Positions 12,001-24,535 of a DNA stretch of 64,000 nt are shown here, piece by piece; the first letter of the stretch is position 1, and each line of letters starts with the position of its first letter. The notes below the pieces were generated by a model. That model did no database searches. It worked only from the letters and a program-made list of their open reading frames with translations, and had not been told where the DNA came from. A program made the position numbers and the translations under genes. Source of the stretch: Massalongia carnosa (Eukaryota); the NCBI GenBank assembly GCA_965645245.1, contig OZ287079.1, forward strand, positions 1,240,001 to 1,304,000, in the 5' to 3' direction.

Positions 12001-14871
12001 TCCGAATGGCGTGGCGCGAAAAGTTCGCCATCAACCTTTTGATCTGGTTCTGCTGTGGTTTTGCGGCTTTTTTTATCGTGGTATTTCCTCAACTTATATG
12101 TCCGAAACAGCATGTTTTTTCTGCCGCGGAACTCTCGTCGCATGATGGGAAGGGACGCCACCCAGCCTATGTCGCCCTCAGGGGGGAGGTGTTCGATTTG
12201 GGTGCTTTCATACCGAAGCACTATCCTTCCATCGTTCCGCCGGCCGCTCTGAGAAAGTACGCTGGTATTGATGCTTCGTTTCTGTTTCCTGTGCAGGTCA
12301 ATGCTCTCTGTCAGGGAAAGTCTGGCAGCATTGACCCAACTGTTATATTGGATTCAATCCCCACTAATATCTCAGGTTCGGCTTCAGTGATCGATAGCGC
12401 CGATCCCAACCGCAAGTATCATGACTTTAGGTACATCACCAATGACTCGCGGCCGGATTGGTGGTTCGAAAGACAGATGGAGTTACGTTCTAACTACAAG
12501 AAAGGAGATCTTGGATATACGCCGAAGTACGTAGATCAGCTGGCCCGCAGGTCGAAATCAATTGCGATTCTCAAGGGTCGAGTCTATGACTTTACCGATT
12601 ACATTAAAGGAAGCCCCCATACTGAAGCGCCCCCTGGCCAATCGGTTCCCTCTACCGCTGAACCCAAGTTTATGGATCAACTCGTCGTTGATCTTTTTCA
12701 AAAAGGCGCAGGCGGCGATGTGACCAAGGACTGGGAAACCCTTGCCCTTAGCGACGATGAGCGTAAACGTATGCAAATATGTCTTGACAATTTGTTCTTC
12801 GTCGGCGCAACTGATACTAGAAACTCTGCTCAATGCCTTTTTGCGCAATACATCTTACTCGCCATATCGATATTGCTCTGTAGCGTCATTGGATTCAAAT
12901 TCTTCGCAGCGCTTCAGTTCAGCAAGAAAAATATTCCCGAGAACCTTGATAAATTCATCATATGCCAGGTGCCTGCTTATACGGAAGATGAGGATTCCCT
13001 TCGTCGTGCGATCGATTCGGCTGCGCGAATGAAGTACGACGATAAGCGCAAATTACTTGTCATTGTGTGCGACGGCATGATCATAGGTCAGGGCAATGAT
13101 AGACCTACGCCTAGGATCGTCCTCGATATTTTGGGGGTCTCAGAGACGGTCGACCCTGAGCCGTTGAGTTTCGAAAGCTTAGGTGAGGGCATGAAACAGC
13201 ACAACATGGGCAAAGTGTATTCTGGTCTATACGAGGTGCAGGGCCATATTGTACCCTTCTTGGTGGTCGTCAAGATTGGCAAGCCCTCGGAAGTCTCCAG
13301 GCCTGGGAACAGAGGCAAACGTGATTCCCAAATGGTCATCATGCGGTTTTTGAACCGGGTGCACTACAACCATCCTATGAGTCCCTTGGAATTGGAGATG
13401 CATCATCAAATCCGGAACATTATTGGAGTCAATCCCACTTTCTACGAATTTATGCTTCAAATTGACGCAGACACCGTTGTCGCTCCGGACTCTGCGTCGC
13501 GCATGGTTGCGGCGTTCCTTCATGATACCCGACTTATTGGCATCTGTGGCGAGACTGGTCTCTCAAACGCCAAGTCATCCTTCACCACAATGATTCAGGT
13601 GTATGAGTACTACATCTCGCACAATCTCACCAAGGCTTTCGAAAGCTTGTTCGGCTCTGTAACCTGTCTTCCCGGCTGCTTCACCATGTATCGTATACGA
13701 GCCGCTGAAACCGGAAAGCCGCTTTTCGTCAGTCGTGAAGTGGTCGAAGCCTACTCTCAGATTCGGGTTGACACTCTCCACGTGAAGAATCTGCTTCATC
13801 TGGGCGAGGATCGATTCTTGACAACTTTGCTGCTGAAACATCATCCAAAGTACAAGACCAAATATACCTTCCATGCTCATGCCTGGACGATTGCACCTGA
13901 TAGCTGGAGCGTCTTCATGTCGCAGCGAAGACGATGGATTAACTCGACTGTCCACAATCTTGTCGAGCTCATCCCCCTCCAACAGCTGTGTGGCTTCTGT
14001 TGTTTCAGCATGAGGTTCATTGTGTTTCTTGATTTGATGAGTACTATCGTGCAGCCGGTCACGGTCGTGTATATTGGCTACTTGATCGTCTTAGTCTCCA
14101 TCAACTCCAGCGTGGTGCCTTTGATGGCTTTTGTGCTTCTTGGTGCGATTTACGGTTTGCAGGCCATCATTTTCATCCTGAGAAGAAAATGGGAGATGAT
14201 TGGTTGGATGATCATTTATATCCTGGCGATGCCTGTCTTCTCGCTCGGTCTGCCGCTGTACTCCTTCTGGCATATGGACGACTTCTCCTGGGGTAACACG
14301 CGTGTTGTGACGGGGGAGAAGGGCAGACAGGTGGTCATTTCGGACGAGGGAAAATTCGATCCTGCATCGATTCCGCATAAGAAGTGGGAAGACTATCAAG
14401 CCGAGCTTTGGGACGCCCAGACCCAACATGACGACCGGTCCGAAGTGTCGGGATACTCGTACGGCACCAAGTCGTTTCATCCCGCGCCATCGGAGTACGG
14501 CTATCCTCCATCAAGACCTTTGTCTCATCTGGGCGTTGGCGCTCAGTACGGGTCTCGCATGTCCCTAGCCCCGTCGGAGATAATGGCACGAGGTGGAGAC
14601 AACGTGGAGATGACGGACCTGGCAGGGCTGCCTAACGATGATGCAATTCTTGCCGAGATTCGCGAGATTCTGAGGACGGCAGATCTCATGACGGTGACGA
14701 AGAAGGGGATTAAGATGGAGTTGGAGCAGCGGTTTGGCGTGAATCTGGAGTCGAAGAAGGCTTATATCGGTTCAGGTGAGGAGTTTCTTGCCACTTGTAG
14801 CTTTTATGATTGGTGATTTGGCTAACTTCTCGTTTGCAGCAACGGAAGCAATTCTCTCAGGGCAGTTATAG
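9057..14871 (+). CDS. csmA: Class V chitin synthase with myosin motor domain (CsmA/ChsV)
   Basis: ATG 9057 (MAHLSL...[15 protein letters not shown]), two 5' introns, P-loop GESGSGKT at ~9490, [13 protein letters not shown], b5-like domains, LGEDRFL and QRRRW. Last intron 14776-14839; TAG ends at 14871. Confidence 0.95.
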
Positions 14872-17659
14872 GAGGGTTTAGAAGCGTATTTAGGGGATGT
14901 ATCAATCCGGGGAACGGCGCAACTTATTTCAGGTTTCTATCTTGACGAAGGCACGGAAAATGGGTCTGGAGTTGCATGATTTCCGAACGGAGTAGGAGCA
15001 GCCGCTTCTGTTGGTTTCTTGTTCTCGTTACTTCCTTTCCTTCTCCTTCTTCTTTCCCTTATTTCGTCAGTGTATGCAGAAACAAGGACCGTCCCAGACA
15101 CCTAACCTAATTTCTAATCTCTGGTTTTACAACAGAATTCTACCTCGGTTTGGAGAAGGGTTCTGCACACCTATGATGACAATGGCTACCTATGTTTCTT
15201 GACAGCACTACAGAGCAGGTATACATAGGTATCCTCAACCGGAGTTGAGCTTTTTTGCGGAAGGATCATCGCCATTCGGCTAGACGTATATATACCACAG
15301 AACCAGATCCCGATCAGTCCATCTCGATCCATCGGGGTTCTTGTTTTCTCTTGCTTTTCTTTTTCTTCCGGCAAGGAGTCCGAACAGTCTGTCTGTTTGT
15401 CTAGTTATTTTATTCGATTCTCAAATCCGTAAGTTGGTCAGAGACAGCGACGGTGCTAGTGGTCTTTTTCTGCGTGGTCTTATTTCATATATGCTATGTC
15501 TACGAGTCTATGTTGTGTTCTTACATATCTATCTATCTATACCTCCGTCGTTTTTTCCATAATTTCCGGGTCTGTCCTATCTTCTGTGGTTGATTTCCAA
15601 CGGACAGAAAAAGATGGGGGGAAGGGGGGAAGGGAGGTGAGAGAGGGGTGATGGTGATTGATGAGATTAGGGGTGAAATCAAAGGATAGGGGGCATTAGT
15701 AAACGACCCTATCCGTCCCTCCCCTCCAACTCCCCTCCCCTTTTCCTTTTTCCCTCCTCATCAATCATTCCCCCCCCCTACCAAAGAAAATAACAGAACA
15801 GCTCACAAAATACCCCCAAAAAAATCGAAACAAGGATGACCCTCCATCGATCGGGTGGCCTTGCGGATTTCTCGCGTTTTATCGGTTGATGTTCAAATTT
15901 GATTTAGATTGGTTGTTTGTTTGTTTGTTTGTTTGTTTTTTTGGTTGGGTTTTAGTAAAGTGGGGTAATTGCTGAAACGGAGAAACGAAGGACGCAATTG
16001 AGGGATCCCCGTGAAAGAAAAAAAAAAGAAAAAAAACCCCGCAAATCATTTTTTTGTAGATGCATACAAGAATGATGGAACGGCGAAAACGATGACACGA
16101 TATCTATCTGCCTCACGTACAGCGAGCGTACGATTATGTATGGGGGTTTTGGATATCTGTGTTTTGGGCATTTAGCGAGAGCGGGTACGAGTGGGTACGA
16201 CGCGGTGCGAAAAATCGTTGACATCCCAAAATCGGGATTTTATTAATTTACTCCTCAAAACACAATCAATTACACAATCACAGAATTATTCTTTCTGTCT
16301 GTGCGATCGTTAAAGTCAAACAGCTGATTTCAAACCATGGATCTAAGCCGTAACGGTTCGTGTTGTACCTTTAAAACAAAGCATAGAAGTAAATCATGTA
16401 TCTGAAGATTTATTTAGTGGGGAATCTTATTTCGGTGTGTCAACTTTTTTTTTTTTTCGCACCGCGTGGGTACGTACATACGTTAAACTAGGCCGGGGCC
16501 CCATCGGCACTTCGGGGAAAGCTAGCTCCCGCGAGCTTCCGATTGACCCCGGGGTGGCCGATGCAGCTGCTGCACATGTCGTAGCTCATGAACAACCAAA
16601 ACTCCCCTATGTGCGGTGTCGAGCTGACTGGATAAACTGTGTGTTCCCGCCAATGCGAAACGACAGTGAAAACATCAACAGCAACAATCACAACAAAAGC
16701 ATCGTAATCGCAATAAATCACGATTTGAAATGTCCCCCCGTTCCGAGCTACATCACTAGCTCCGTGCTAGTTAGTTAATTAGTTGCCAGAAGACGGCATA
16801 TACGGGGCCCGGTTCCCGAGTTGGTTTACATAGCTCGAGAGATGACGTTGAATGTCGACGAAAAGTCCCCCCCCCATCGACGAGATGAGGATGAAACGGG
16901 CATAAATAAATACGAGCCAGTTTGATTCTGCGTGATGATAAATAAATCAAACCGTTTCTTTTCAGTCGCTTTTGTCATGTGTTAAATCCGTTTGTCGAGC
17001 TGGTTTGGTTGTATCAATCGCCCAGTCCTATCCTTTGGCTTGTTGCACTCACCGTTCCATCGAATATTACTGGGTACCCGTTAGGCTGGGCATGGGCGGT
17101 GGATTGGTAGATGATGAAATCATCTCTACGGGAAACTCTGGGTCAGCGTGATGGGGTGTTTGGTGAGGGGGTGCGTGGATGCAAAGGGTTGGAGATGTTT
17201 AGGGCTTCTGATACACGTACGGGTGACGTTGGCTGCGAGAGGCAATGGCACAAAAGCTAGCTAGGTATATTGTGAGCAGCAACAGCTTTAGCTTAGCGTA
17301 CACGTCTTCCACCTCCACCTTCTCAAACATGTCAAGCGCTCAAACGGGTATCAAGTGAATACGACGGCCCCCATGTACATAACACATCGTATGTATAGCA
17401 ACGCCCCCCCGGTGAATTACATGGTAGGCTGGAATCCGAACATAAAAAAAGCCGACGAACAAACCCTGTCGTCTCCCTCGCATCCAATAGCTTGGTGGAC
17501 AAAGAGCCCCTTATTCGCATCCAAATGATTGTATGTAAAAGCATCCGATCCGGATTCGCCAAAGAGCCCCAACCCATCCTTTCCCTCCCCCCTTCCCCCC
17601 CCTTCTTGCGGAGATTGTAGAAGAAAGAGCTGGTGCAACGTCCAGGCCTGAGGACTGCC

Positions 17660-19103
17660 TCAGAAGACGCCAAATTCCGGTAGTCCCACAAGCAAAGCTG
17701 TGAGCGGAACGGTGATCAAGATCGAACAGAGATGACTCTGCAAGACAATGCGGTCTTGCAGCATCCGTAAAGTCTGATCCTGAACCCAGACCTGGGGGGT
17801 GAAAATTCTTCGCAAGAGGGGGGTTTTCGCATATTTCTCGACCCATAGCTCGTGCCCGTAGCTGTTCGCCGTGCCGAACGTATCTAAAGAGATCCCGCGT
17901 TGAGATCGATGTGAGAGACTGAAGACGTCATCGGTCGAGAGAGTAGCCTCATCGTCCATGGTACCGTCGAGACTGGCGACTGAAGCGCCATCGCCAAAGA
18001 GCTCCCATGGGCGTGGAGCACGGCAATGGGCTGTATATAGAATCATGCAGAGCCCTTTGTATGCGGCGATGCCGATCGAGAACCCGACGAGGAAGAGCGG
18101 GACGACAAAGAGTCGCCACCAGCGGGACTTGTCGGACAGCACGAGGAGAATGCCGAGGATGAACCCCGCAACCACATGAATAACCCCCGAGTTCCGGACG
18201 AAGAGGACGCGAGGTTTGTTCCCGTTGCAGATCGACCAGCGAATGAAGTTGGGATGAGATTGGCCCCGAAGCGTAGCTTCCACTATATCTTTGACGAGAA
18301 ACAGGGCGGAAGGATGCGTGGTGTGCTGAAGCGCGTGGAGAACTGCGGCGCGATTGCGGTGCGACAGATTTAACTCTCGTGGTGCGTTGGGCGCAAGATA
18401 GTGGCTAATTACGCGGTTGATCTCCGCCCTAAAGGGTTGAATGGTGACTAAGAACGTTAGCTCGAGAAGGCCTCGATGACAGGCCGCTGAACTCACAGGA
18501 CTGCCATTTCAGCCCCGTCTGCGCGTTGGCGTCGTCGACTAGGTCGGTAACGGTTCGGTTCGTGCTGGTTACGCCGGAGACGAAGGATTGCTTGTCGAAT
18601 TGTGGCGAGACCGCATGGGATAAGGGAAGCTCTGCATGGTCAAACTTGACCTCGTACTCGGAAACATCCAGCTTTGGCTTTTTCGCCGTGGAAGGAGGTT
18701 GATCCGAGGCATTCACGTACGATTGCACTCCCTCGACCTCATACCATGGTGGAGAGAGGACTTGCTCGGAGTTTGGCGAGGCGTAGAAGCGCTTGGTATA
18801 ATCCTGAAGCCACAGCCAGAACTGAAGGTTCTCGGCATCGTGTGATACGTAAACTAGGTAGTCCATGAAATCCTGAAGCCCACAAGGCTATGGCGGATTC
18901 AGCATGATGATTGGGATCGACATCCGAAGACGACTTACGGGCAAGGACTTGTTCCGGATGACATTTTCAAACGACAATTCCAAAGGGATTGCCTTCCTAT
19001 GCTTCTGAGTGCGTTCCACGTAGAGTTGGCACTCTGCCAGGCTCATTGGCCCCGGCAGCTTTGCAACATAGTCTGGTCGACGGTAGAACAGGAATTGGGA
19101 CAT
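17660..19103 (-). CDS. rax1: RGS-domain membrane protein, Rax1-like polarity landmark
   Basis: Three exons (introns 18888-18938, 18448-18496). RGS-like FMDYLVYVSHDAENLQFWLW and APRELNLSH motifs, C-terminal hydrophobic helices. Confidence 0.75.
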
Positions 19104-19229
19104 GATGAGAGGACGAGAGTGAGATACGATGGGTTCGAAAGAGGTCGAAGTCGATATGTAGGATTTGAGGTTGGGTCACGGTGTGAACATTTACAAGAAG
19201 AGTCCCAAGCAACTGGGGTAGTACCAGAA

Positions 19230-19230
<1 letters not shown>

Positions 19231-19260
<30 letters not shown>

Positions 19261-19310
19261 AGAGGAAGTGGAAGAGGAAGAGGAAGAGAAACAGAAACAA
19301 ACAGAAACAA
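19231..19310. repeat. Polypurine (GAG/GAGGAA/AGAAAC)n simple repeat
   Basis: Seen directly, upstream of the Rax1-like gene. A (GGATGCA)n run also occurs at ~19777-19811. Confidence 0.85.
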
Positions 19311-22300
19311 ATGGTGTACAAGAACAAAGGATATAAGGAAACAGCTAGTTTAACGCGGTTTGGCCGTTAGGAGCGGGGCGGTCGGGCACAGAGTAGGTAG
19401 TTTCAGTCGGTCCCTAGATCCGATGGTTTCAGTAAGCCTACAGAGTATGATACAGAGTATAATACAGAGTATACCGTTTCAGCCCTTAGGGCTAACTCGG
19501 CTGGATCGAAGGAAGAACAGGGCAGATCAGATCAGGGCAAGTCAGGGCAGGACAAGAGAGCCATGATCAAGGGAACCCACCAGTTTGGAGCGCGATAGAG
19601 TGCTGAGAACCAATTAGCCATTCGTGAGGAAACTGTAAATGGTTGTACAGAGTACTCTGTACAGAGGGAATCACGCAAATCAAACCAAATAGAATTATGT
19701 TCCGCCAAAAGGTGGCTGGCATGGCCATGCCCAACAGGAGTGGTAGGAGTGCAGGAGTACGAAGTACTGTAGGAGAATGCAGGATGCAGGATGCAGGATG
19801 CAGGATGCAGGAAGATGCACGTGGGTTAGCGGGCGTAAAGGCCGTAAATCTAGTGGATGAGGTATATATATACTCTGTATCAGAGTACGGAACGCCCCAG
19901 GAAAGAAAAGGAAAAAAAAAACAAATTCAGCCCCCATGAGTAAATTGAAATTTGGATCATCATCAGGATATACAGAGTGAGTCAGCAATTGATGATGTGA
20001 ACCCCCAAATATTCTCGTTCGGCGAATGTGACTGGATAGCGCATGATGGCCAACAGGATGCTTCAGCGCTCTCACTCGTTATCCCTCGCATGCTCATCTC
20101 ATCGCTTCCATTTATCTGAGCGATTGAATTGCCGTGGAGAGTGAGAAACGTTTGCCCTAACTCGGACGGTTTAAGATCGATAATACTAGGTTAGCCTCCA
20201 AGTTAGCTCCATTTAAGCTTTGGAGTTTCCGGCCGCCAAGATGCAGATTCCCTAGGGATGTCGTGCCCCCTTAGTTTCCGGGAGCACGTTTCCATGTGGC
20301 AAGGCCCCCTGATGCATACACACCAGGACATCTCCTGACTCCGTATATGGCTCTAGCTCATACCAAGTGCCATGCTTAATGGTTAACTATCTGGAAAAAA
20401 TGACTTCTCAGATCTTCGTATGAATCTTCATGATTACTTAACGTGAAGAAGGGTCTGGTTCCTAGCGCTTGGCTGGCCGAGGAACTAAATATTCTACTCT
20501 AGGCTTGCGAGGGAGATAGGCCCGTGTTTTCGATATCAAGTTAGCTAGGGCGAACAAGCGATTCTGACATGGTTACATCAACATTTTCTAGGCTAATCTG
20601 GGTCAGTACTTAGTTCTCTGGACTCTGTATGCTGTGGATCTGTTGGAGAAACACTTTGGTGTATCTTTGGCTACTAAAATAAAGCTCCATCGAGGTTAAT
20701 TTGACGATCTACAACAAGGTAGCTAGGTAACTGGGAGGGGGGAAACCTTGAAAGACCATATGTACCCCACAGAGTACATGACGTGTACCTACTTCGTACG
20801 GGAGTACATGCATGGAAACCGAATCGCGAACACGAACACGAACACATGGTACTCTTTCCAGCTTGGGGAGCAAAAGCCACAATCACATTCCCGAGTCCCC
20901 ATCCGAATCAGGAGAACTTGAAAAGAGGAAGTCGGACGGGATCCTGGCGGGATCGGCAACTGCCGACGTTCTGGCCTTCAGCCATCTAAAAGAATCTTCA
21001 ACCATGGACCATAAAATCACAGGATTCTTTGGGATTCTACCATGATTTAACGACACGCCTTCTTCCTGTTAGAAAGAAAAGTTTCGACTGGTGGGGATTA
21101 GAGAGTCCACATTATTAGAAATCAATTTCTCGCAGCACTAAACTAACTAATTCTGGACAGGTAGTCAGTCAGACCTCGGGTCGTCAACATGACTTGTTAG
21201 TGCGAGGGAGCTCATGGTCGTTATCCCAAGAACGTGTCTATTAGCGTGCAAGTTGGAAATCGAGACTCGATCAGTCACCAGGATCTATCCAGGCCATCGG
21301 CGTTTTGAAATATCCCGCTGATAGAGCTTGACGGACGTCATGGTATTTCGCTCCTGCTGGCACTCGAGCGCTTCTCTTTGCCGCGTAATCGACACTCTCA
21401 CTACCCTGTACTCTGTATGGGATATACAATTCCTCGTTGTGCACCTGGTAGAATATGGACAAGGAAGAATCTAGTTAGCAACACAAAGGAACTGAAACGG
21501 TGAGCTTTCAGAGCCGTGCTAGTAACCGGCGGGTAATCGAGTTCTCCAACCGTCTGTTCACCAGATGCAAAGCCAAAGAGCAGTCTCTGCTAAAGTCCAG
21601 GATAAAAACATACTTTATAACCCAACGCCCCCCACGGACGTAGTTACCTAGTTATGCGCCGCCTCTAACTCTCTCGACAGTCGAATCGCATGACGTGTAT
21701 TTACATACTTTACACTCTGTACAGAGTACTCTGTACAGAACACCGAGTTCCTTTTACCAGCCTTGGGGAGGGGGGAAACCAGATCTACCTACCTACCTAC
21801 ACGATATCATCATCGCTCTGGGCCCAAACCGCGTGAAACTAACTCGCAGATCCCCTTCCAGGGGTTTTCCCTTCTTGATAGACAGCAAAAGAAAATACCT
21901 ATCAACCGACAAAACCCTCTAAGCCTGTCGAGCCACCGATCTATCTATCTATATCTCTAAGCAGACAGAGCAAGCACCGAAAGGCGCGGCTATACTCCAA
22001 AGGATAAAACGAAATGCCCGAGAAACGGAGCCGGCTTCTATCATTCAAGCGGATGATATTGATGGCATCGTCACGCGTGGGTTATTGGTAGCAAGGCGGC
22101 TTGTCGGCATGATTATCTAGGTAAGGTGCCTAGGTACCCTAAGTGGCAGTTAGATATTTTTCGTAAGAGGGCATTGCGAAATCCCCGCTCTTTGGATTAG
22201 GGCTGGAGTATTTGAGATTGCAAGAATTATCTGGGTCTTTATCATTGATGTTGATGGAATCGATGTAGCTGAAAGTAAATTCTTCAGCATCTTCGGAAGA

Positions 22301-22652
22301 ACGTTCACTGATGTAGAAGCATCACAACATATACGGATTCGTAGAGGTGATTTTTTACATAGTATAGTTATCGGACTCCGCATCCATGTACTGAGCCCTT
22401 TCTCTATCCGGACCTTGTTAGATTATGTGACATGGCTCTTGGCCATGCACATTTCCCCTATGTACCTATGTATCCACTGAAAATGGGCAGGTGCGAATCC
22501 GGTATGCTCCCGCTCATCAATGTTGTTTGTCCTCCAATACCCCTCTTACAAGTCCCTAAGAGTCTCAACGCCCATCTCATTGCACCTATGCTCCTCCCTC
22601 CTGATGCTACAATGTCATGAGAGTATGCAATGCCCACATGTCACAGGAATCC

Positions 22653-24132
22653 CTACAGGCGCTTGACGATGGCGCCTGCATACTCGTGCGTCTTAGCCTT
22701 ACCCCCGAGATCTCCCGTCAAATACTTTGTGAATCAGTCAGCAACAGAAATCGGTTATCGGACCGGAGAGGAAGCCAGAAAACGTACCTTTCCCTCGGCC
22801 AGCGTGTCGAAAATGGCTTTCTGGATCTTATCCGCATGTTCGTATAGTTCCATATGTTGCAACATCATGATGCTGCTCAACAATAGCGCGGTTGGGTTCG
22901 CCAGGCCCTTTCCTGCAATATCAGGCGCCGATCCGTGAACCGCCTCGAAAATCGAGCACTCGTCGCCAATGTTCCCGGATGGAGTTAGACCGAGTCCGCC
23001 AATCAAGCCCGCGCACATATCAGATAAAATATCGCCATAGAGATTCGGCATCACCAGCACTTTGTCATTATATGGGGTGGGGTCAGTGACAATTTTTAAG
23101 CAAGTGTTATCAAGAAGCTCAGCATCGAACTCGACGTTCGGGAAATCTTTGCTGATTTTGCGAGCTGTGTTCAGGAACAATCCATCCGACATTTTCATGA
23201 TCGTTGCCTTATGCACAACCCGAATCTTTCTTTTACCAACGTCTTCGGCATACTGGAATGCAAATCTGAGAACGCGTTCTGAAGCTGCGCGGGTGATGAG
23301 TTTGATACTTTGTACCACACCATCGACGACTACATGCTCTATTCCTGAGTACTCCCCCTCGGTGTTTTCTCGAATCAAGACTGTATCGACGTTGTCGTAT
23401 GGGGTTTTGTAGCCTGCGATTGATTTGCAAGGCCGCACGTTGGCAAAAAGGTTAAAGGTCCGTCGTAGGGTTAAATTGAGAGAAACATGGCCTTTGCCGA
23501 TGGGAGTCTATATTTCATCAACAAATGCTTCAGTCACCAGGAGATGAGGAGGTGGAGGATACCGCTAGCGGTCCTTTCAAAGCAATGTAGTTCTTCCTCA
23601 CACTTTCAATCGCTTCGTCCGGAATAACAGTCTTTCCGTTCTTGAGCTGGGGTGTGACATCGACCGGCTCCCATTCGATCGGGACCTGGAAGAAGTTCAG
23701 ACATATTCGCCCAGAAAGGGATGGCAATAGACTTTAGCTGCAGCAAAGATATCCTTCACGGATTGTGCTATCTCGGGGCCAATGCCATCTCCTTCGATCA
23801 GCGTGACCATGTAGTTTCCCTATAATACATTGAGTCAATCGGAGTTAGCCTGAGAACGTACCCTCCATTTAATTTGGACCGAAAACACCCAAAGGGTAGA
23901 GTGGTCTTACATTGGGCCCTTTTGATCCCTTGAACTTGGCAATTCTCTCTTTGGGCGTGGCATAAGATCTTGACTGTATATGCTCGCATCAGGTAACTAC
24001 TGTTAGTGACACCCGACAGTATGTATCAAGCTCGTCACAGACCTGAATTGATGCGGTTATCCATTGTCGTGGTGCGGTAGCTCTTCGCAGACATTGCCTC
24101 GCTGGAGAAGCCAAGCAGCGCTGAGCTAACAT
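22653..24132 (-). CDS. IDH2: Mitochondrial NAD-dependent isocitrate dehydrogenase subunit 2
   Basis: Presequence-like [17 protein letters not shown]. Motifs [61 protein letters not shown]. Last exon YLTGDLGG...VKRL-TAG. Confidence 0.93.
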
Positions 24133-24535
24133 GGTAGAGAGCGTAGATATCCAAAGCACTCGGAGTGCACCGGAAGAAGTTCAATGGATTTACGGTCTAT
24201 TAAATATACTCCTCAGGACTGCGTACCTCTCGAAAGAAACAAACTGAAGAGACAGTTGGTTATCAAAACTCCGAGAAGGCGGCTGCGGAGACTCTCAGCC
24301 TGGAGTACTAGTTACATACAGAGTACCAAAGACCCTTCCTAGTGATTTGCATAACTAATCAGGCACCTAAATACTACTTTTGCTACGGGCAACACAACCT
24401 TAAGTTTAAGCCCACACGCACTGGTAACGGTGCCTCGGAACCTAATACTGTATGATCCCTACCATGTGAATCTCAAAAGATAGTACTTCTTTCTAGGAAC
24501 AGGGTGATAACCTGCCAGACATTACAAGCCGTGAA

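Noticed and set aside
18999..19370. Arg/Lys-rich ORF (+) and Phe/Leu-rich ORF 19043-19327 (-)
   Set aside because: Both are translations of the polypurine microsatellite.
19950..22620. Hidden gene in the long Rax1-IDH2 intergenic region (e.g. ORF 22150-22383)
   Set aside because: Only short ORFs without recognisable domains or a coherent exon chain. A small gene or lncRNA cannot be excluded without RNA data.
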